A stretch of 64,000 nucleotides of DNA from Longimicrobiales bacterium (GCA_965248195.1 CBDFIQ010000002.1:3298813-3362812); one strand, 5' to 3'. Positions 10,422 to 21,867 are shown, numbered from the stretch's first letter. Made by a program: numbers and translations. Notes: generated by a model not told the origin, from the sequence alone.

Positions 10422-11717
10422 ATGTTCGAATCCATCACGCGGCTGAGGGCAGCCTTCATCATCGTGTCTATGACGGTGGCGGCGGCGGTGGCGGCCTGCA
10501 CTGCCGACCCGTCCGCGGATCCCGGGACCGTGGCTAGCCCTGCCTCGGCGGAAGGGCAGCCGCACGCCGAGGCCATTCGACCGTTCACGATCGAGATTGC
10601 CGATGAGGTGCTGACAGACCTCGACACCCGTCTGGCGCGCACCCGTCTCCCCGATCAGATCCCCGGCACGAGCTGGGACTACGGGATGAATCGGGCCTAT
10701 CTGGAAGAACTCCTGGCCTACTGGCAGGACGGGTTCGACTGGCGTGCCCAGGAGCGGAGGCTCAACGAGTTCGACCACTTCAAAACCGTCATTGATGAGG
10801 TGGACATGCACTTCATCCACCAGCGGTCCGCCGAGGAGGGGGCGCTTCCGCTACTCCTCACGCATGGATGGCCGGGCTCGTTTGTCGAGTTCGTCGACCT
10901 CATCGGTCCCTTGACCGACCCCGCGGCCCACGGCGGTGATCCGGCGGATGCGTTCCATGTGGTCATTCCATCGCTGCCCGGGTACGGCTTTTCGGGTAAG
11001 CCGGCGGAAACGGGCTACAACCCCGAGCGGATGGCGGACGTCTTGGCCGGGTTGATGGAGCGGCTGGGGTACGACCGGTACGGCGCGCAGGGCGGTGATT
11101 GGGGGGCCATCATCAGTCGGAATCTAGCGGGCAATTATGGTGACCGCCTTATCGGGCTCCACTCCAACTTCATGACTGGGGGGCCACCGCCGGGTAGCGC
11201 CGACCCTAACGAGGGGGTCTCTGCCGAGGAGTCGGAGCGAAGACTTGAGCGCGCGCAGTCTTTCTCAGACGGTCGTGGCTACTCCGCCATTCAAGGCACC
11301 AAGCCCCAGACGCTCGGCTACGGTCTCAACGATTCGCCGGCCGGGCTCGCCGCCTGGATCGTCGAGAAATTCCATGGCTGGAGCGACAACGACGGTAACA
11401 TCGAGAGCGCGTTCACCAAGGACGAGATGCTGACCAACGTCATGATTTATTGGGTGACGCAGACGATCACGTCTTCGAGCCGTCTCTACTACGAGTCGGG
11501 GAACACACCGCCGACTCGTAGCGTGGGCTACATCGACGTGCCGACAGGCGTGGCGGTTTTCCCGAAGGAGATTCTTTTTACCCCGCGAAGGTGGGCCGAA
11601 GCCCGTTACAACATCGTTCATTGGACCCTCATGCCGTGCGGGGGGCACTTCGCTGCGCTGGAGGAGCCCGAGCTGCTGGTGGACGACGTCCGTGCGTTCT
11701 TCAGAGAGCTGAGGTAG
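10422..11717 (+). CDS. Epoxide hydrolase (EHN family), probably exported
   Basis: FDWRAQERRLN, HGWPGSFVEF, QGGDWG, GGHFAALEEP; start 10422 preferred over 10272. Confidence 0.9.
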   Translation: MFESITRLRAAFIIVSMTVAAAVAACTADPSADPGTVASPASAEGQPHAEAIRPFTIEIADEVLTDLDTRLARTRLPDQIPGTSWDYGMNRAYLEELLAYWQDGFDWRAQERRLNEFDHFKTVIDEVDMHFIHQRSAEEGALPLLLTHGWPGSFVEFVDLIGPLTDPAAHGGDPADAFHVVIPSLPGYGFSGKPAETGYNPERMADVLAGLMERLGYDRYGAQGGDWGAIISRNLAGNYGDRLIGLHSNFMTGGPPPGSADPNEGVSAEESERRLERAQSFSDGRGYSAIQGTKPQTLGYGLNDSPAGLAAWIVEKFHGWSDNDGNIESAFTKDEMLTNVMIYWVTQTITSSSRLYYESGNTPPTRSVGYIDVPTGVAVFPKEILFTPRRWAEARYNIVHWTLMPCGGHFAALEEPELLVDDVRAFFRELR

Positions 11718-11772
11718 AGGGGCTCCGCGTGGCGCGTAACAACCGGCTCGGCACGACGGACGCGGTCCCCAT

Positions 11773-12483
11773 ATGACGAAGGCCATGTGGCGGTGGAGCA
11801 CATCGCTGGGTGTGGCGTGCGCCCTCCTTCTGTTGTGGTCCGTGGACGTAGCTGCCGCCCACGGTGTGGCGCAGGACGACGCGTCGTTCTTCCTCACGAA
11901 CGTGGGCGCGGCCATCGGGCCGTTCATGTATCTCGGGGCGAAGCACATGTTCACCGGATACGACCATCTTCTCTTCCTCGTGGGCGTGATTTTTTTCCTG
12001 TATCGCCTGCCCGACGTGGTCCTCTACGTGAGTCTCTTCACGCTGGGACACAGCATCACTCTGCTGGTAGGTGTTCTCGGGGGGATTCAGGCGAACCCAT
12101 TCATCGTCGACGCCATCATCGGCCTCTCCGTGGTATACAAGGCGTTCGACAACATGGACGGCTTTCGCCGTTTCCTCGGCGTTCAACCGAACACCAAGAT
12201 CGCGGTTCTCGTGTTCGGCCTCTTCCACGGGTTCGGTCTGGCGACGACGATTCAGGAGTACTCGCTCTCGCAAGAGGGTCTCGTCACGAACATGCTCAGC
12301 TTCAATGTCGGGATCGAGATCGGGCAGATCCTGGCGCTGATGGGCGTTCTCATCGCGTTGAGCTTCTGGCGTGCGCACGACGGATTCATGAAACATGCTT
12401 TCGTGACGAACGCCCTGCTGATGGCCGGCGGCTTCACCCTCATGGGGTATCAGATCGTCGGATATTTCGTGAACGTGTCATGA
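11773..12483 (+). CDS. HupE/UreJ-family membrane protein
   Basis: GAKHMFTGYDHLLF, FTLGHSITL, FGLFHGFG, FNVGIEIGQ. Confidence 0.88.
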   Translation: MTKAMWRWSTSLGVACALLLLWSVDVAAAHGVAQDDASFFLTNVGAAIGPFMYLGAKHMFTGYDHLLFLVGVIFFLYRLPDVVLYVSLFTLGHSITLLVGVLGGIQANPFIVDAIIGLSVVYKAFDNMDGFRRFLGVQPNTKIAVLVFGLFHGFGLATTIQEYSLSQEGLVTNMLSFNVGIEIGQILALMGVLIALSFWRAHDGFMKHAFVTNALLMAGGFTLMGYQIVGYFVNVS

Positions 12484-12490
12484 GGCTGCA

Positions 12491-13216
12491 GTGACGGATT
12501 CGACCCTGTCCGAACCGGGCGATCCCGAATCCCGCGTGCCCGGGTCCCAGGTACCGGAATCCCTCGCGCCTGAGTCCCCAGTACCCGCATCTCCTGGACC
12601 CGAATTTCCGCTTCCCGATCCCCCCTCGAAGGCCAAACTGGCTTGGGCGAGCCTGGCCGCGCTTCTCGTGGCCGGAGTCGTGCTCGTCGCCACCGTTCTG
12701 CCGGCCGAGTACGACATCGATCCTCTGGGAATCGGTGAGGCTCTAGGGCTGCGCGTCCTTTCGGTACCCGGGAGCGGTCCGATTCCCGTACGTTCGGATG
12801 GCCTCAGCGCCTACCGTAGCAGCTTTCGCACGGATCTGAGGACGTTCGAGCTCGAGCCCGGGGGCTTCGTCGAATACAAATATCGGCTCGAGGCGGGCCG
12901 AACCATGGTGTATTCCTGGACCGCCACCTCCTGGGTTCGCTCCGAGATGCACAGCGAGGCCGACACTTCACCGGTGGGTACGGCCGAGTTCTTCGAGGTC
13001 GCGGAGCAGACGCTCCACAGGCACGGAAGCTACATCGCGCCATTTCCCGGCATCCACGGCTGGTACTGGCTCAACGAAACCGACCGCGCGGTCACGGTGA
13101 CCCTGCACGCTGCCGGCTTCTTCAGCACGTCTACCGAGTTCCTGGAAGGCGAGGCCCCCATCGTGCGGGAGATCACCGAGACGCCGGACTCCGCAGCTTT
13201 TCGGCCCTATTTTTAG
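12491..13216 (+). CDS. Transmembrane-anchor protein, partner of HupE/UreJ gene
   Basis: TM helix then VLPAEYDIDPLGIG, VEYKY, APFPGIHGWYW; Pro-rich N-terminus. Confidence 0.75.
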   Translation: MTDSTLSEPGDPESRVPGSQVPESLAPESPVPASPGPEFPLPDPPSKAKLAWASLAALLVAGVVLVATVLPAEYDIDPLGIGEALGLRVLSVPGSGPIPVRSDGLSAYRSSFRTDLRTFELEPGGFVEYKYRLEAGRTMVYSWTATSWVRSEMHSEADTSPVGTAEFFEVAEQTLHRHGSYIAPFPGIHGWYWLNETDRAVTVTLHAAGFFSTSTEFLEGEAPIVREITETPDSAAFRPYF

Positions 13217-13265
13217 GCCGGATCAGCGTCAGTTCGGAACGGGTAGGTGAGGCCGCTGATCTCGG

Positions 13266-13943
13266 CTACACGTGCCGCGGGAGCGCGTACTTGCGGTTCT
13301 CGACCACAGGCTCATGGTAGGCCCCGCCGATCCTCGCAAGCCGGTCCAACGTGACCGCAACGAGACGAACGTAGTTGGCCAGCCGGTCCGGCTCCTTGAT
13401 CACACCCGTGGTTTGGACCGTCACCGCCCGGACGCCATCTCCCATCTTCCTGTGCTCTGCCCACGAGCGCCGCCGGATGTCCAGCCCGAGCGACGGTTGG
13501 ACCAGGATCAACTCTCGGAGCCGCCGGTCCGTCATGAGGGATCGCCCCCGGGGCTCGTTTGAGCTCTTGATCTTGTACTTGCGCTCGAGCTCCTCATCGC
13601 CGACCAGGAGCCCGTAGAAGCCGAAGAGCTCCGCGATCCGTGTGAAGATGTTCCTCCGGGAGATGCGGAGCGTGAAGTCGTTCTTCGCTACGTACAGGGC
13701 CCGCGCCCGTGTATACGTGACGGTCGTCTGGCCGGTGCTCATGACGTAGGTGTCGAGGATCACCGTCCACGGACCATGCTCGAGGTGGACCTGGTCGCCG
13801 GAGCTCCAGTTGCCCGCCACGAACGTGGCGTCGAGTTCGGACGCGGCTGCCTGGAAGGCTTCGCGCCTTTTTAGCTTAGGGCTGCTTAGCTTAGGGCTGC
13901 GTCTCGCGTGGGGTTTCGACATTGGCCAGTTCCCCAGCTCCAC
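13266..13943 (-). CDS. Hypothetical protein
   Basis: Globular-looking ORF co-oriented with the two-component genes; start may be 13922. Confidence 0.65.
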   Translation of the reverse strand: MELGNWPMSKPHARRSPKLSSPKLKRREAFQAAASELDATFVAGNWSSGDQVHLEHGPWTVILDTYVMSTGQTTVTYTRARALYVAKNDFTLRISRRNIFTRIAELFGFYGLLVGDEELERKYKIKSSNEPRGRSLMTDRRLRELILVQPSLGLDIRRRSWAEHRKMGDGVRAVTVQTTGVIKEPDRLANYVRLVAVTLDRLARIGGAYHEPVVENRKYALPRHV

Positions 13944-13971
13944 CAGAAAGAGGAGGTCGGGGCGAGGAGAG

Positions 13972-15318
13972 CTAGTCGGTGTTCACCGAGTCCCCACCTT
14001 TCAACCCGTACTGTTTCATCTTCCGCCAGAGCGTCGTACGGCTCATCCCGAGCCGCTCGGCCGCGGTGTTACGGGCTCCACCGGTCTCGGCGAGCGCCCT
14101 AGTGATCGCAGTCCGCTCGTGCTCGGTCGCGCTGTTCTGGCGATAACGCTCAGCCGGCCCATCTTCGCGATCGGCCAGCCCACGTACATCAGCGGGAAGG
14201 TGCTGTGCCTCGATCCGGCGCCCGCCAGACTGGATCCGGGCGCTCTCCAGGGCCGCCAGAAGCTCCCGCACATTGCCAGGCCATCGATGCGCCTGTAGAT
14301 GCCGCATGGCGAGTGGCGAGCACGCCGCATGCGGTGGAAGGTCGACACGGCGGAAGAACGACTCCGCGATGAGTGGGATGTCCTCGCGGCGCTCCCTCAG
14401 CGGTGGCACTTCGATACGCACGACGTTCAGCCGGTAGTAGAGGTCGTCGCGGAAGCGGCCGGCTTCCATCTCCGCCCGGAGATCGCGGTTGGTGGCAGCA
14501 ATGACCCGCACGTCCACCGACACGGGCTTCACTGCGCCCACGAGCGTGAGCTCCTTTTCCTGCAGGACCCGTAGCAGGCGGTGTTGCATCCCTAGTGATA
14601 CGTCACCGATCTCATCGAGCAGCAGCGTCCCGCCGTCCGCTGCGGCGAAGAGCCCCTTTCGGTCACGCACGGCACCGGTGAAAGCCCCGCGAACGTGCCC
14701 GAAGAGCTCGGACTCGAGCACACCCTCGGCGAGGGCGGCGCAGTTCACCGCCACGAACGGTCCATCGGCTCGGTCCGACAGCTGGTGAATCGCTCGGGCC
14801 ACGAGCTCCTTGCCCGTGCCGGTCTCGCCGGTCATCAGCACCGTGGCGTCGGTCGGCGCGACGCACGCGATGATCTCGAAGACCGCCCGCATCGACGGCG
14901 AGCGGCCCAACAGCCCGCCGGGAGGCTCTGCCCCATCTGACGGGACCGAAGGTCGCCGCTCCAGCAGCGCCTCTACCCTGGCGCTCAGGACGTCGGGCTC
15001 GACGGGTTTCATGAGAAAATCGTCCGCCCCGGTATGGAGGGCCGTCACCGCGGCATCGACGGTTCCAAAACCGCTGATCATGAGGATCGGTGTGTCCTCG
15101 CCCCACGTGCGAAGTACCTCGACGATCCCGATCCCGTCCAGCCCTGGCATGCGCAGGTCGAGGAGAATCAGGTCGTAGCCGGACTCCTTGAGCCGCTCGA
15201 TCGCCGCCTGCCCATGGGCCGCCTCGTCGACCTCGTGTCCGTCCTCCCGCATGAGAGCGGCGGTCGACATACGAAACGTCGGGTCGTCGTCGACGATGAG
15301 GAGGCGGGGCGCGGTCAC
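13972..15318 (-). CDS. Sigma54-dependent response regulator (NtrC family)
   Basis: REC domain, GETGTGKE, GAFTGA, WPGNVREL, Fis-type HTH. Confidence 0.95.
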   Translation of the reverse strand: MTAPRLLIVDDDPTFRMSTAALMREDGHEVDEAAHGQAAIERLKESGYDLILLDLRMPGLDGIGIVEVLRTWGEDTPILMISGFGTVDAAVTALHTGADDFLMKPVEPDVLSARVEALLERRPSVPSDGAEPPGGLLGRSPSMRAVFEIIACVAPTDATVLMTGETGTGKELVARAIHQLSDRADGPFVAVNCAALAEGVLESELFGHVRGAFTGAVRDRKGLFAAADGGTLLLDEIGDVSLGMQHRLLRVLQEKELTLVGAVKPVSVDVRVIAATNRDLRAEMEAGRFRDDLYYRLNVVRIEVPPLRERREDIPLIAESFFRRVDLPPHAACSPLAMRHLQAHRWPGNVRELLAALESARIQSGGRRIEAQHLPADVRGLADREDGPAERYRQNSATEHERTAITRALAETGGARNTAAERLGMSRTTLWRKMKQYGLKGGDSVNTD

Positions 15319-17105
15319 GGTGTCGTCTCGGCTGGCAGAACGGCGGTTTGACCAGCCGCCTGCCCGGGCCCGGGCGTCCGTGGCATCTCGACCGTGAGCT
15401 CCGCGCCGGTGCCTTCCGACCGATTCCGGGCGATGATCCTCCCGCCGTGCGTCCGGGCGAGCCCGTCGGCGGTGAAGAGGCCCAGGCCCACGCCGCGCAC
15501 GTCCGCCTTGGTGGTGAAGAACGGGTCGAACACGTGAGGAAGCACCGAGTCTTCGATCCCGGGGCCGTCGTCGGTGACTACCAGCGTCGCGCGCTCACCG
15601 TCTGACTCTACCCGGATGTCGATGTTGCCCGCGGCGCCTAATGCGTCCTGCGCGTTCTGCACCAGGTTCAGCAGCACCTGCTTGAGCCCGTCGGTCGGGA
15701 TCGGCACCTGCACAGGTCCGTCGGACTCGACCGTCACCGTCACGCCCCGGTCGCCGAGGCCGATGCGGACCAGGTGGGCGACCTCTTCCGCGACCGCAAC
15801 GGCGTCGCAGTCCCCCTCCTGGTCCCTCGGCCGATGTAGGTCGAGCATGTGCTCAGCGAGCTCGTGCATTCTGAGAAGCTCGTCGATGGCACGGTCGGCG
15901 AAGTCGCGGGCCTCCGGATCGTCGGCGACTCGGCGGCGGAGGATCTCGAGGCAGTTTCGAACGCTCGCGACCGGATTACGGACCTCGTGAGCGAGCTGCG
16001 CGAGTAGGCGCGCCGCCGCCGAGAGTCGGTCTCTTTGGACGAGCTCAGCCTGGAGCATTCCCAGCCGCGCCTGCCTGTCCTCGAGCGCCTCGTTGGCCTC
16101 GCTGAGCTCGGCAATGCGGGCCGCGAGCGCATCGCGCATCACCTCGAAGGCCGAGGCGACCTGATCCACCTCCGAGACGGCCGAATGTTTTACCGGAGCT
16201 TCAAAGTTGCCCTCGGTGATCTGCTGGGCGGCCTCGGCCAACGCACGTACCGGACGTGCGAGGCGAGTGGCGAGCCAGCCGCCCACGACGAGCGCGAGCA
16301 GCGCCGAAAAGGCCAATACCAGGAGCCCGACAGAGCGTAGCGCCGGAACGATGGCGAACTCCTCCGAGAGCGCGCGTACGAACGTCACCCGCGCGCCGCC
16401 TGGCACACCGGCCGTCACGACGAGGTACCGCTCGCCCTCCAAGGTCAGCTGTTCGATCGTCTCGGAGTCTGGTAGTGCGGAAAGAAGATTGAAAAGGCCC
16501 ATCGCCGGCTCGGCTCGGCCGGTGTACGCGCCCAGCGCTCCATCGGGGGCGGTGATGAGCACGTCGGAGCGAGTCAGCGCCGAGAGCTGTATCGCCTCTT
16601 CCGCCGCCATCGGAACCCACACGCCTGCCGCGCCCGCCCACTCTTCGGGCATCCCGACGGGAGCCAGCGCGACCGTGCCGAGCTCGTCCAGCGCCTTCAC
16701 GACGAGCACCGGCATCGCTCCGGCCTTGGTCGCGTCGACGACCTCCGCCGGCATCATCGGCCCGGCCCAGCTGGCTCCGTCGGGTCCGATCACGACGGGC
16801 AGCTCGCCCGGAAAGGCGTCGGAGATGAGCGCGGCTTCCTCGACCGCACCCGTAGTATCGGCCTCCCGGATCGCGGTGGTGAGTATCTCGCTCGCTGAGA
16901 TCTCACGTGCGTGCATCATGCGCATCCCGGCTTGGTTCTGGAACCGGTCTTCGAGCACGAGTGGGGCGGCGAGCAGCTCGGAGCGCACCTCGTCCTCGAG
17001 CGACGCGAGCAAGCGGCGGTCAAGGAGGACACCGGCCGGGACCAGCCCTACCAGGAGGACTAGAAGAACGAGGCCCAGAAGCGTGCGCTGTAGCGAAACC
17101 GTCAT
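15315..17105 (-). CDS. Sensor histidine kinase (HAMP, HisKA, HATPase)
   Basis: Likely start MTVSLQRTLL at 17105; two TMs, AHEVRNP, DDGPGI, GVGLGL. Confidence 0.9.
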   Translation of the reverse strand: MTVSLQRTLLGLVLLVLLVGLVPAGVLLDRRLLASLEDEVRSELLAAPLVLEDRFQNQAGMRMMHAREISASEILTTAIREADTTGAVEEAALISDAFPGELPVVIGPDGASWAGPMMPAEVVDATKAGAMPVLVVKALDELGTVALAPVGMPEEWAGAAGVWVPMAAEEAIQLSALTRSDVLITAPDGALGAYTGRAEPAMGLFNLLSALPDSETIEQLTLEGERYLVVTAGVPGGARVTFVRALSEEFAIVPALRSVGLLVLAFSALLALVVGGWLATRLARPVRALAEAAQQITEGNFEAPVKHSAVSEVDQVASAFEVMRDALAARIAELSEANEALEDRQARLGMLQAELVQRDRLSAAARLLAQLAHEVRNPVASVRNCLEILRRRVADDPEARDFADRAIDELLRMHELAEHMLDLHRPRDQEGDCDAVAVAEEVAHLVRIGLGDRGVTVTVESDGPVQVPIPTDGLKQVLLNLVQNAQDALGAAGNIDIRVESDGERATLVVTDDGPGIEDSVLPHVFDPFFTTKADVRGVGLGLFTADGLARTHGGRIIARNRSEGTGAELTVEMPRTPGPGQAAGQTAVLPAETTP

Positions 17106-17567
17106 CGGATGTTCCCGGGGGCGTCGTGCCCCGTCATCACCTGTGTCGTATCTACCGTGACCCGCCGCAGGCCTCACCGAACATACCGGAGCCTGCCGTC
17201 GACGGGCAACGCGTTCTGCCGGCAACGGGTCATCTTGTGCACGAACCGTTCCGTTGCGCCGAAACCGGTCCTGGCCCGGAAGGGGCGTGGATCTAGGCCA
17301 ACGAACGTCGCTTGGGCGCCACATTCGCGCTCTGGACCCTACCGCGTCCTTGTTTCGTCGAGCACCATTGGCGTTTCGTCGATGTTGCATGAAACGTTGC
17401 TTCGCCCGCGCCCCCGCGGTGCGCGAGCACGCTGAAATCGCATCCCTATGCGCCTCTCGGCGATGATCTACCTCCCTGGCAAGTCGTGCACGGCTCCTGC
17501 TCTTGGTTGGGGCGGTCACGCGCCGAGACGCGGCGTGCTGACCCGACTCAGTTCCAGGAGGAATTCG

Positions 17568-18470
17568 ATGCGTAAATCGACTACAGCCCTGATGGTGCTC
17601 GCCGTGATCGCGTTCGCGGCCTGCGGTGACGATCCGGCGGATGCGGAGCCAGGAACGCTGGCGCTGTCGTTCACCGGACTCGAACCCCTGACGAACGGGT
17701 TCCACTACGAGGGGTGGGCGATTATCGGCGGGGCGCCGCTCACGACCGGAAAGTTCAACGTTGACAGTGGCGGGGGGTTGGTGGACACGAATGGAGCAGC
17801 GATCGTCGGCGGGGCCTTCGATACGGGGCTCGACCTCTCGGGCGCCACTGCGATCGTGATCACGATCGAACCGAACGGTGACGTCGATGCTGTCCCGGCC
17901 AGCACGCACATCGTTTCGGGTGCCGTCGCCGGTGGCTCGGCCAATCTCTTGGTGGGCCACGCATCGGCACTGGGCGACGACTTTACGGGCGCTTCGGGGT
18001 CGTTCATCCTCGCCACACCGACGAACGGCAATGACACCAACGAGAACAGCGGCATCTGGTTCCTGTCCCTTGCGTCGGGCAGCCCAGCCGTAGGGCTCGA
18101 GCTGCCGATGCTTCCAGCGGGGTGGGCGTACGAGGGTTGGGCCGTGATCGCGGGGACGCCGGTCACGACCGGGCGCTTCACCGCGACGGACGCGGTGGAC
18201 TTGAGTGACCCCTTCAGCGGCACCGAGCCGGGACCTCCGTTCCCCGGGGAGGACTTTCTCGTAAACGCCCCGACGGGTCTGACCTTCCCGACCGACCTCG
18301 CCGGGGCCACCGCGGTGATCTCGATCGAGCCTGAGCCGGACGACTCGCCGGCGCCGTTCACGCTCAAACCGCTGGTCGGCCTGATCGTAGCCGACGCGAC
18401 CGACCACGTCACGTATTCGATCCCCAGCAACTTGGGGAGCTTCCCCACGGGGAATGCAACGATTCAGTAG
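17568..18470 (+). CDS. Lipoprotein with two internal repeats (YEGWA motif)
   Basis: AGGAGG RBS, MRKSTTALMVLAVIAFAAC lipobox; HYEGWAII / AYEGWAVI duplicated. Confidence 0.8.
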   Translation: MRKSTTALMVLAVIAFAACGDDPADAEPGTLALSFTGLEPLTNGFHYEGWAIIGGAPLTTGKFNVDSGGGLVDTNGAAIVGGAFDTGLDLSGATAIVITIEPNGDVDAVPASTHIVSGAVAGGSANLLVGHASALGDDFTGASGSFILATPTNGNDTNENSGIWFLSLASGSPAVGLELPMLPAGWAYEGWAVIAGTPVTTGRFTATDAVDLSDPFSGTEPGPPFPGEDFLVNAPTGLTFPTDLAGATAVISIEPEPDDSPAPFTLKPLVGLIVADATDHVTYSIPSNLGSFPTGNATIQ

Positions 18471-18510
18471 CTTGGCGTCAGCAGCTTGGCGTCAGGAGCT
18501 TGGCGTCAGC
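18469..18510 (+). repeat. 14-bp tandem repeat x3
   Basis: AGCTTGGCGTCAG(C/G) three times right after the stop codon, followed by a hairpin. Confidence 0.9.
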
Positions 18511-18618
18511 AGGGCAGGGGTCGGACCCTCGGGTCCGGCCCGTTTGCCTGTTGGATCGTACGCGGCTCGCGCCCACGCGGGCCTGTGACCGAGTAGTCGA
18601 CGTCAGAACGGAGTCTTC

Positions 18619-21367
18619 TCACTCCCTGCGTAGTGCGTGCATCGGGTCCGTCCGAGAGGCCCGCCGAGCCGGAAGCCATGCGGCTGCGACCGCTGCCATG
18701 ACCACCAGGGCGACGATCTGGGCGAAGGTTGCCACATCAGTAGCACGGACATCGTACAGCATCGATCGCATGAAGCGCGTGAGGTAGAGGGCGCCGACGA
18801 TGCCCAGCGCGACGCCGATCACCGCCAGGCGCAGGGCTTGGCCTACGATCATGCCCATGACATCACCTCTCTTCGCGCCGAGCGCGAGCCGGACCGCGAT
18901 CTCGCCGCGGCGCTGACTCGTTGCGAACGCGATCAAACCGTAGACGCCAACCGTCGCCAGTAGAAACCCCATGAGCGAGAGCCCACCGAGCAGGACGAGG
19001 TTGAATCGCCGCTCGACGAGCGTATCACGGATCAGGCTCTCCACGGTGGCGGCGTGGTACACGCTTTGACGCGGATCGACCGACCAGATCTGCTCGCGAA
19101 GCGCGGGGATCAGGGCGGCCGCGTCACTCAAAGCTTTGACCACGAACGTGAGGCCTCCTGTTGCATTTTGAGCGAACGGGACGAAGAGCTCCGGTCGAGG
19201 CTCGCTGTCGAAGCTCGTGGGCCGCACGTCCGCGACGACTCCCACGATCTCGCGACTGGCGGGCGCCGCCATGACGCCGACGGTGATTCGCTGGCCGACG
19301 GGGTCTTCTCCCGCGAAGTACCGGTCCGCCATCGTTTGGTTGATGATCGCCACCAACGGTGCGTCCTCGCGGTCGGCTGCCGTGAAGCCTCGGCCCTGTC
19401 GCAGGGGAATTCCCATCACCTGGACGTAGTCCGGTGACGCTACGGTGGCATACGTGCGGGGCAACGGCTCAGTCGGGTCCCGCGGCCGCAAGTCGATCGA
19501 GAATCCCGATTCGGCATCGATCTGGGAGGGATGGAACGGCAGGGCCGACACGATCCCAACGGCTTCTACGCCAGGGACGGCTTCGAGCGCCTGCTCGATT
19601 TCCTCCGCTCGTTGGATGCGCTGGGCCTCGAGTGGGTTTAGGTCCCAGAGGAAGAGTTGGATAGCCGTGCGGTTCTCTACCTCGAAACCGAGATCGTTGT
19701 CCCGCAGTGCGAGAAAACTCCGGCCAAGCAAGCCTGCGCCGATGAGGAGGATCAGGGCCATCCCGATTTGCCCGACCACCAGGGCGGCTCCGACGCCTCG
19801 ACCCCCCCCGACTTACGCGTGACCCGCTGGACGCCGACACCAGCGCCCGCCGAATGTCGGGCCGTGTCGCGTATACCAACGGCGCGAGTCCGCAGAGAAT
19901 AGCGGTGAGTAGCGTAATGAGACCCGTGACCAGGACGATCCGGGGCTCGACGCCGATCGTGTTCAAGCGTGGTAGATCCGCCGGGCTCAACGCCGCAAGC
20001 GCGGTGATGCCGCCCCAGGCGACCGCGAGGCCGCCGATCCCCCCCAAGACGGCCAGGACCCCTGCCTCCGTGCCCAGCTGCCGGATCAACCGGAGTTGCC
20101 CTGCGCCCAGAGCGACGCGCACCCCCAACTCTCCCTCTCGCTCCATGGCCCGTACCAGCATGAGACTCGCCACGTTGGCGCAGGCCACCAGGAGCAGGAG
20201 CCCGACTGCGCCCATGAGGACGAGCAACGCCGGTCGGACGTTGCCGAGGACATGCTCTTCGAGGGGCCGTACGAGCACACCGGCAGCTCCGTTCGTCTCC
20301 GGAAAGTCCCCTGCCATCTCCCGTGCAACACGATCCATGTCTTGCTGGGCATCACTCAGGCTAGCACCCGGCCCGAGCCGGGCGACCGCCTGCATGTAGC
20401 CGCCCGTGCGGTCTTGATCCTCGCGCGGGCGAAAGGTCTTCGGAGCCCAAAAATCTGCGTACTCCGGATAGTCGAGGCCCTGGGGGAGGACGCCAACCAC
20501 CAGCCAGGCGACATTGTCCAGCTCGACTGTCCCACCGATGAGGTCGGGATCTCCACCGAAGCGGCTCTGCCATAGGCGATGGGAAATGAGCACCGTGCGC
20601 GATCCCGCGTAGTACTCATCGTTCAGAAATGCTCGACCGGGCTGGGGCTGGATTCCCGCCGCTTCGAAGAAACCATCCGTCACGAGCCAGACGGACACAG
20701 ACTGCGGCGGCCCGTCGCTTCCCGTCAGATCGTAGCCGAAGGGCTCGGCCAGACCCATCGCCGAGAAGCGCGTGGCTCGCCGCTGCCATTCCGCGAAGTT
20801 GCCCGGAGCCACCTCGAGCGCCTCGTTCCCGGTGGGCGCCTGGACCTCCCACAGGGTCACGATGCGGTCCGCATCCACATTCTCGAGCGGCCGAAACAGG
20901 ACGTGATCGGCCGCGCTGAATATCGCCGTGTTCGCCCCGATCCCGACCGCGAGCGTTACGATGGCGACGATCGCGAATCCCGGACGCCTCCGCAGTTGCC
21001 TCCACGCCACCCGCACGTCCTGCCACGTATCACGCATCACTTCCCTCCGGCGCCCTCTACGTCGAATCCGAAAGTCGGTCGCGACACAGTCCGCTCGTGC
21101 GCGATCCATGTCGCCGAACCGGTGCCGTGCCTCGGCCTCCGCCTCCGCGGGTGAATACCCTTTCGTCACGAGTTCGCGCACCCGCATGTCGAGGTGAAAC
21201 TCGATCTCTTCATCCACACCCCTTCGGACACTCCCCAGATGGCGAAAGGCATGCTGCAGGACGCGCCGTCGAGGTCGAGGCTCACCGTCTCCTCGGAGCC
21301 GAGGCTCACCCTCTCCTCGGGGCCGAGGCTCACCTTCTCCTCGCGGCCGGCGCTCGTCCGTACTCAC
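18619..21367 (-). pseudogene. Duplicated orphan ABC permease (ADOP; MacB/FtsX), frameshifted at the C8 run 19802-19809
   Basis: [57 protein letters not shown]; removing one C joins the two ORFs. Confidence 0.85.
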
Positions 21368-21714
21368 GATGACTGGGCAGGCAAGAGGACTTGCTGAACG
21401 GCTTCTACGTACTTCGACCAGCTGGCGGTCTCCACGTCGAGCCGCTGAAGCCCGTCAGCCGTGAGCCGATAGAACCGTGCGCGCTTTCCGGTTTCCGCGT
21501 GGCCCCATTTCGACTCGACCCACCCCCGCTCCTCCATGCGGTGGAGCGCTTGGTAGAGAGTCCCGTCTTCCAGCTCGATAACACCTTCGGTCGCTCGTTC
21601 GAGCTCTGACGCGATACCGTAGCCGTGCCGCTCACGACCGTGGAGCGTGGTGAGGATCAGCACGTGAAGCGTTCCGCGGATGAGCTGGCGGGTTGGATCG
21701 ACCATGGTGTGCAA
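21364..21714 (-). CDS. PadR-family transcriptional regulator
   Basis: GTLHVLIL..L...HGYGI...[14 protein letters not shown]...ARFYRLT; usual partner of ADOP genes. Confidence 0.92.
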   Translation of the reverse strand: MHTMVDPTRQLIRGTLHVLILTTLHGRERHGYGIASELERATEGVIELEDGTLYQALHRMEERGWVESKWGHAETGKRARFYRLTADGLQRLDVETASWSKYVEAVQQVLLPAQSS

Positions 21715-21760
21715 TCCGGTTGATGGGCTCTCAACAGAGTTTTCGATGGGCTCACATGTG

Positions 21761-21777
21761 ACATAAGGTTCTTATGT
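21761..21777. promoter_or_regulatory. Palindromic operator upstream of padR
   Basis: ACATAAG-GTT-CTTATGT next to minus-strand TTGACT. Confidence 0.55.
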
Positions 21778-21867
21778 AAACCCGAAGGAGTCAACACCGG
21801 GGGTGAGTTGCAGGCCTGCCGCCGCGCGGACTCCCCCCCTTAATCGAGGATCCCCCCGCACTTATAC

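Noticed and set aside
17106..18407. N-terminal 430 aa of the 1030-aa kinase ORF
   Set aside because: Arg-rich antisense of the lipoprotein gene and intergenic DNA; the kinase plausibly starts at 17105.
18469..18510. Possible CRISPR array
   Set aside because: 14-bp units with no spacers and no cas genes; a simple tandem repeat.
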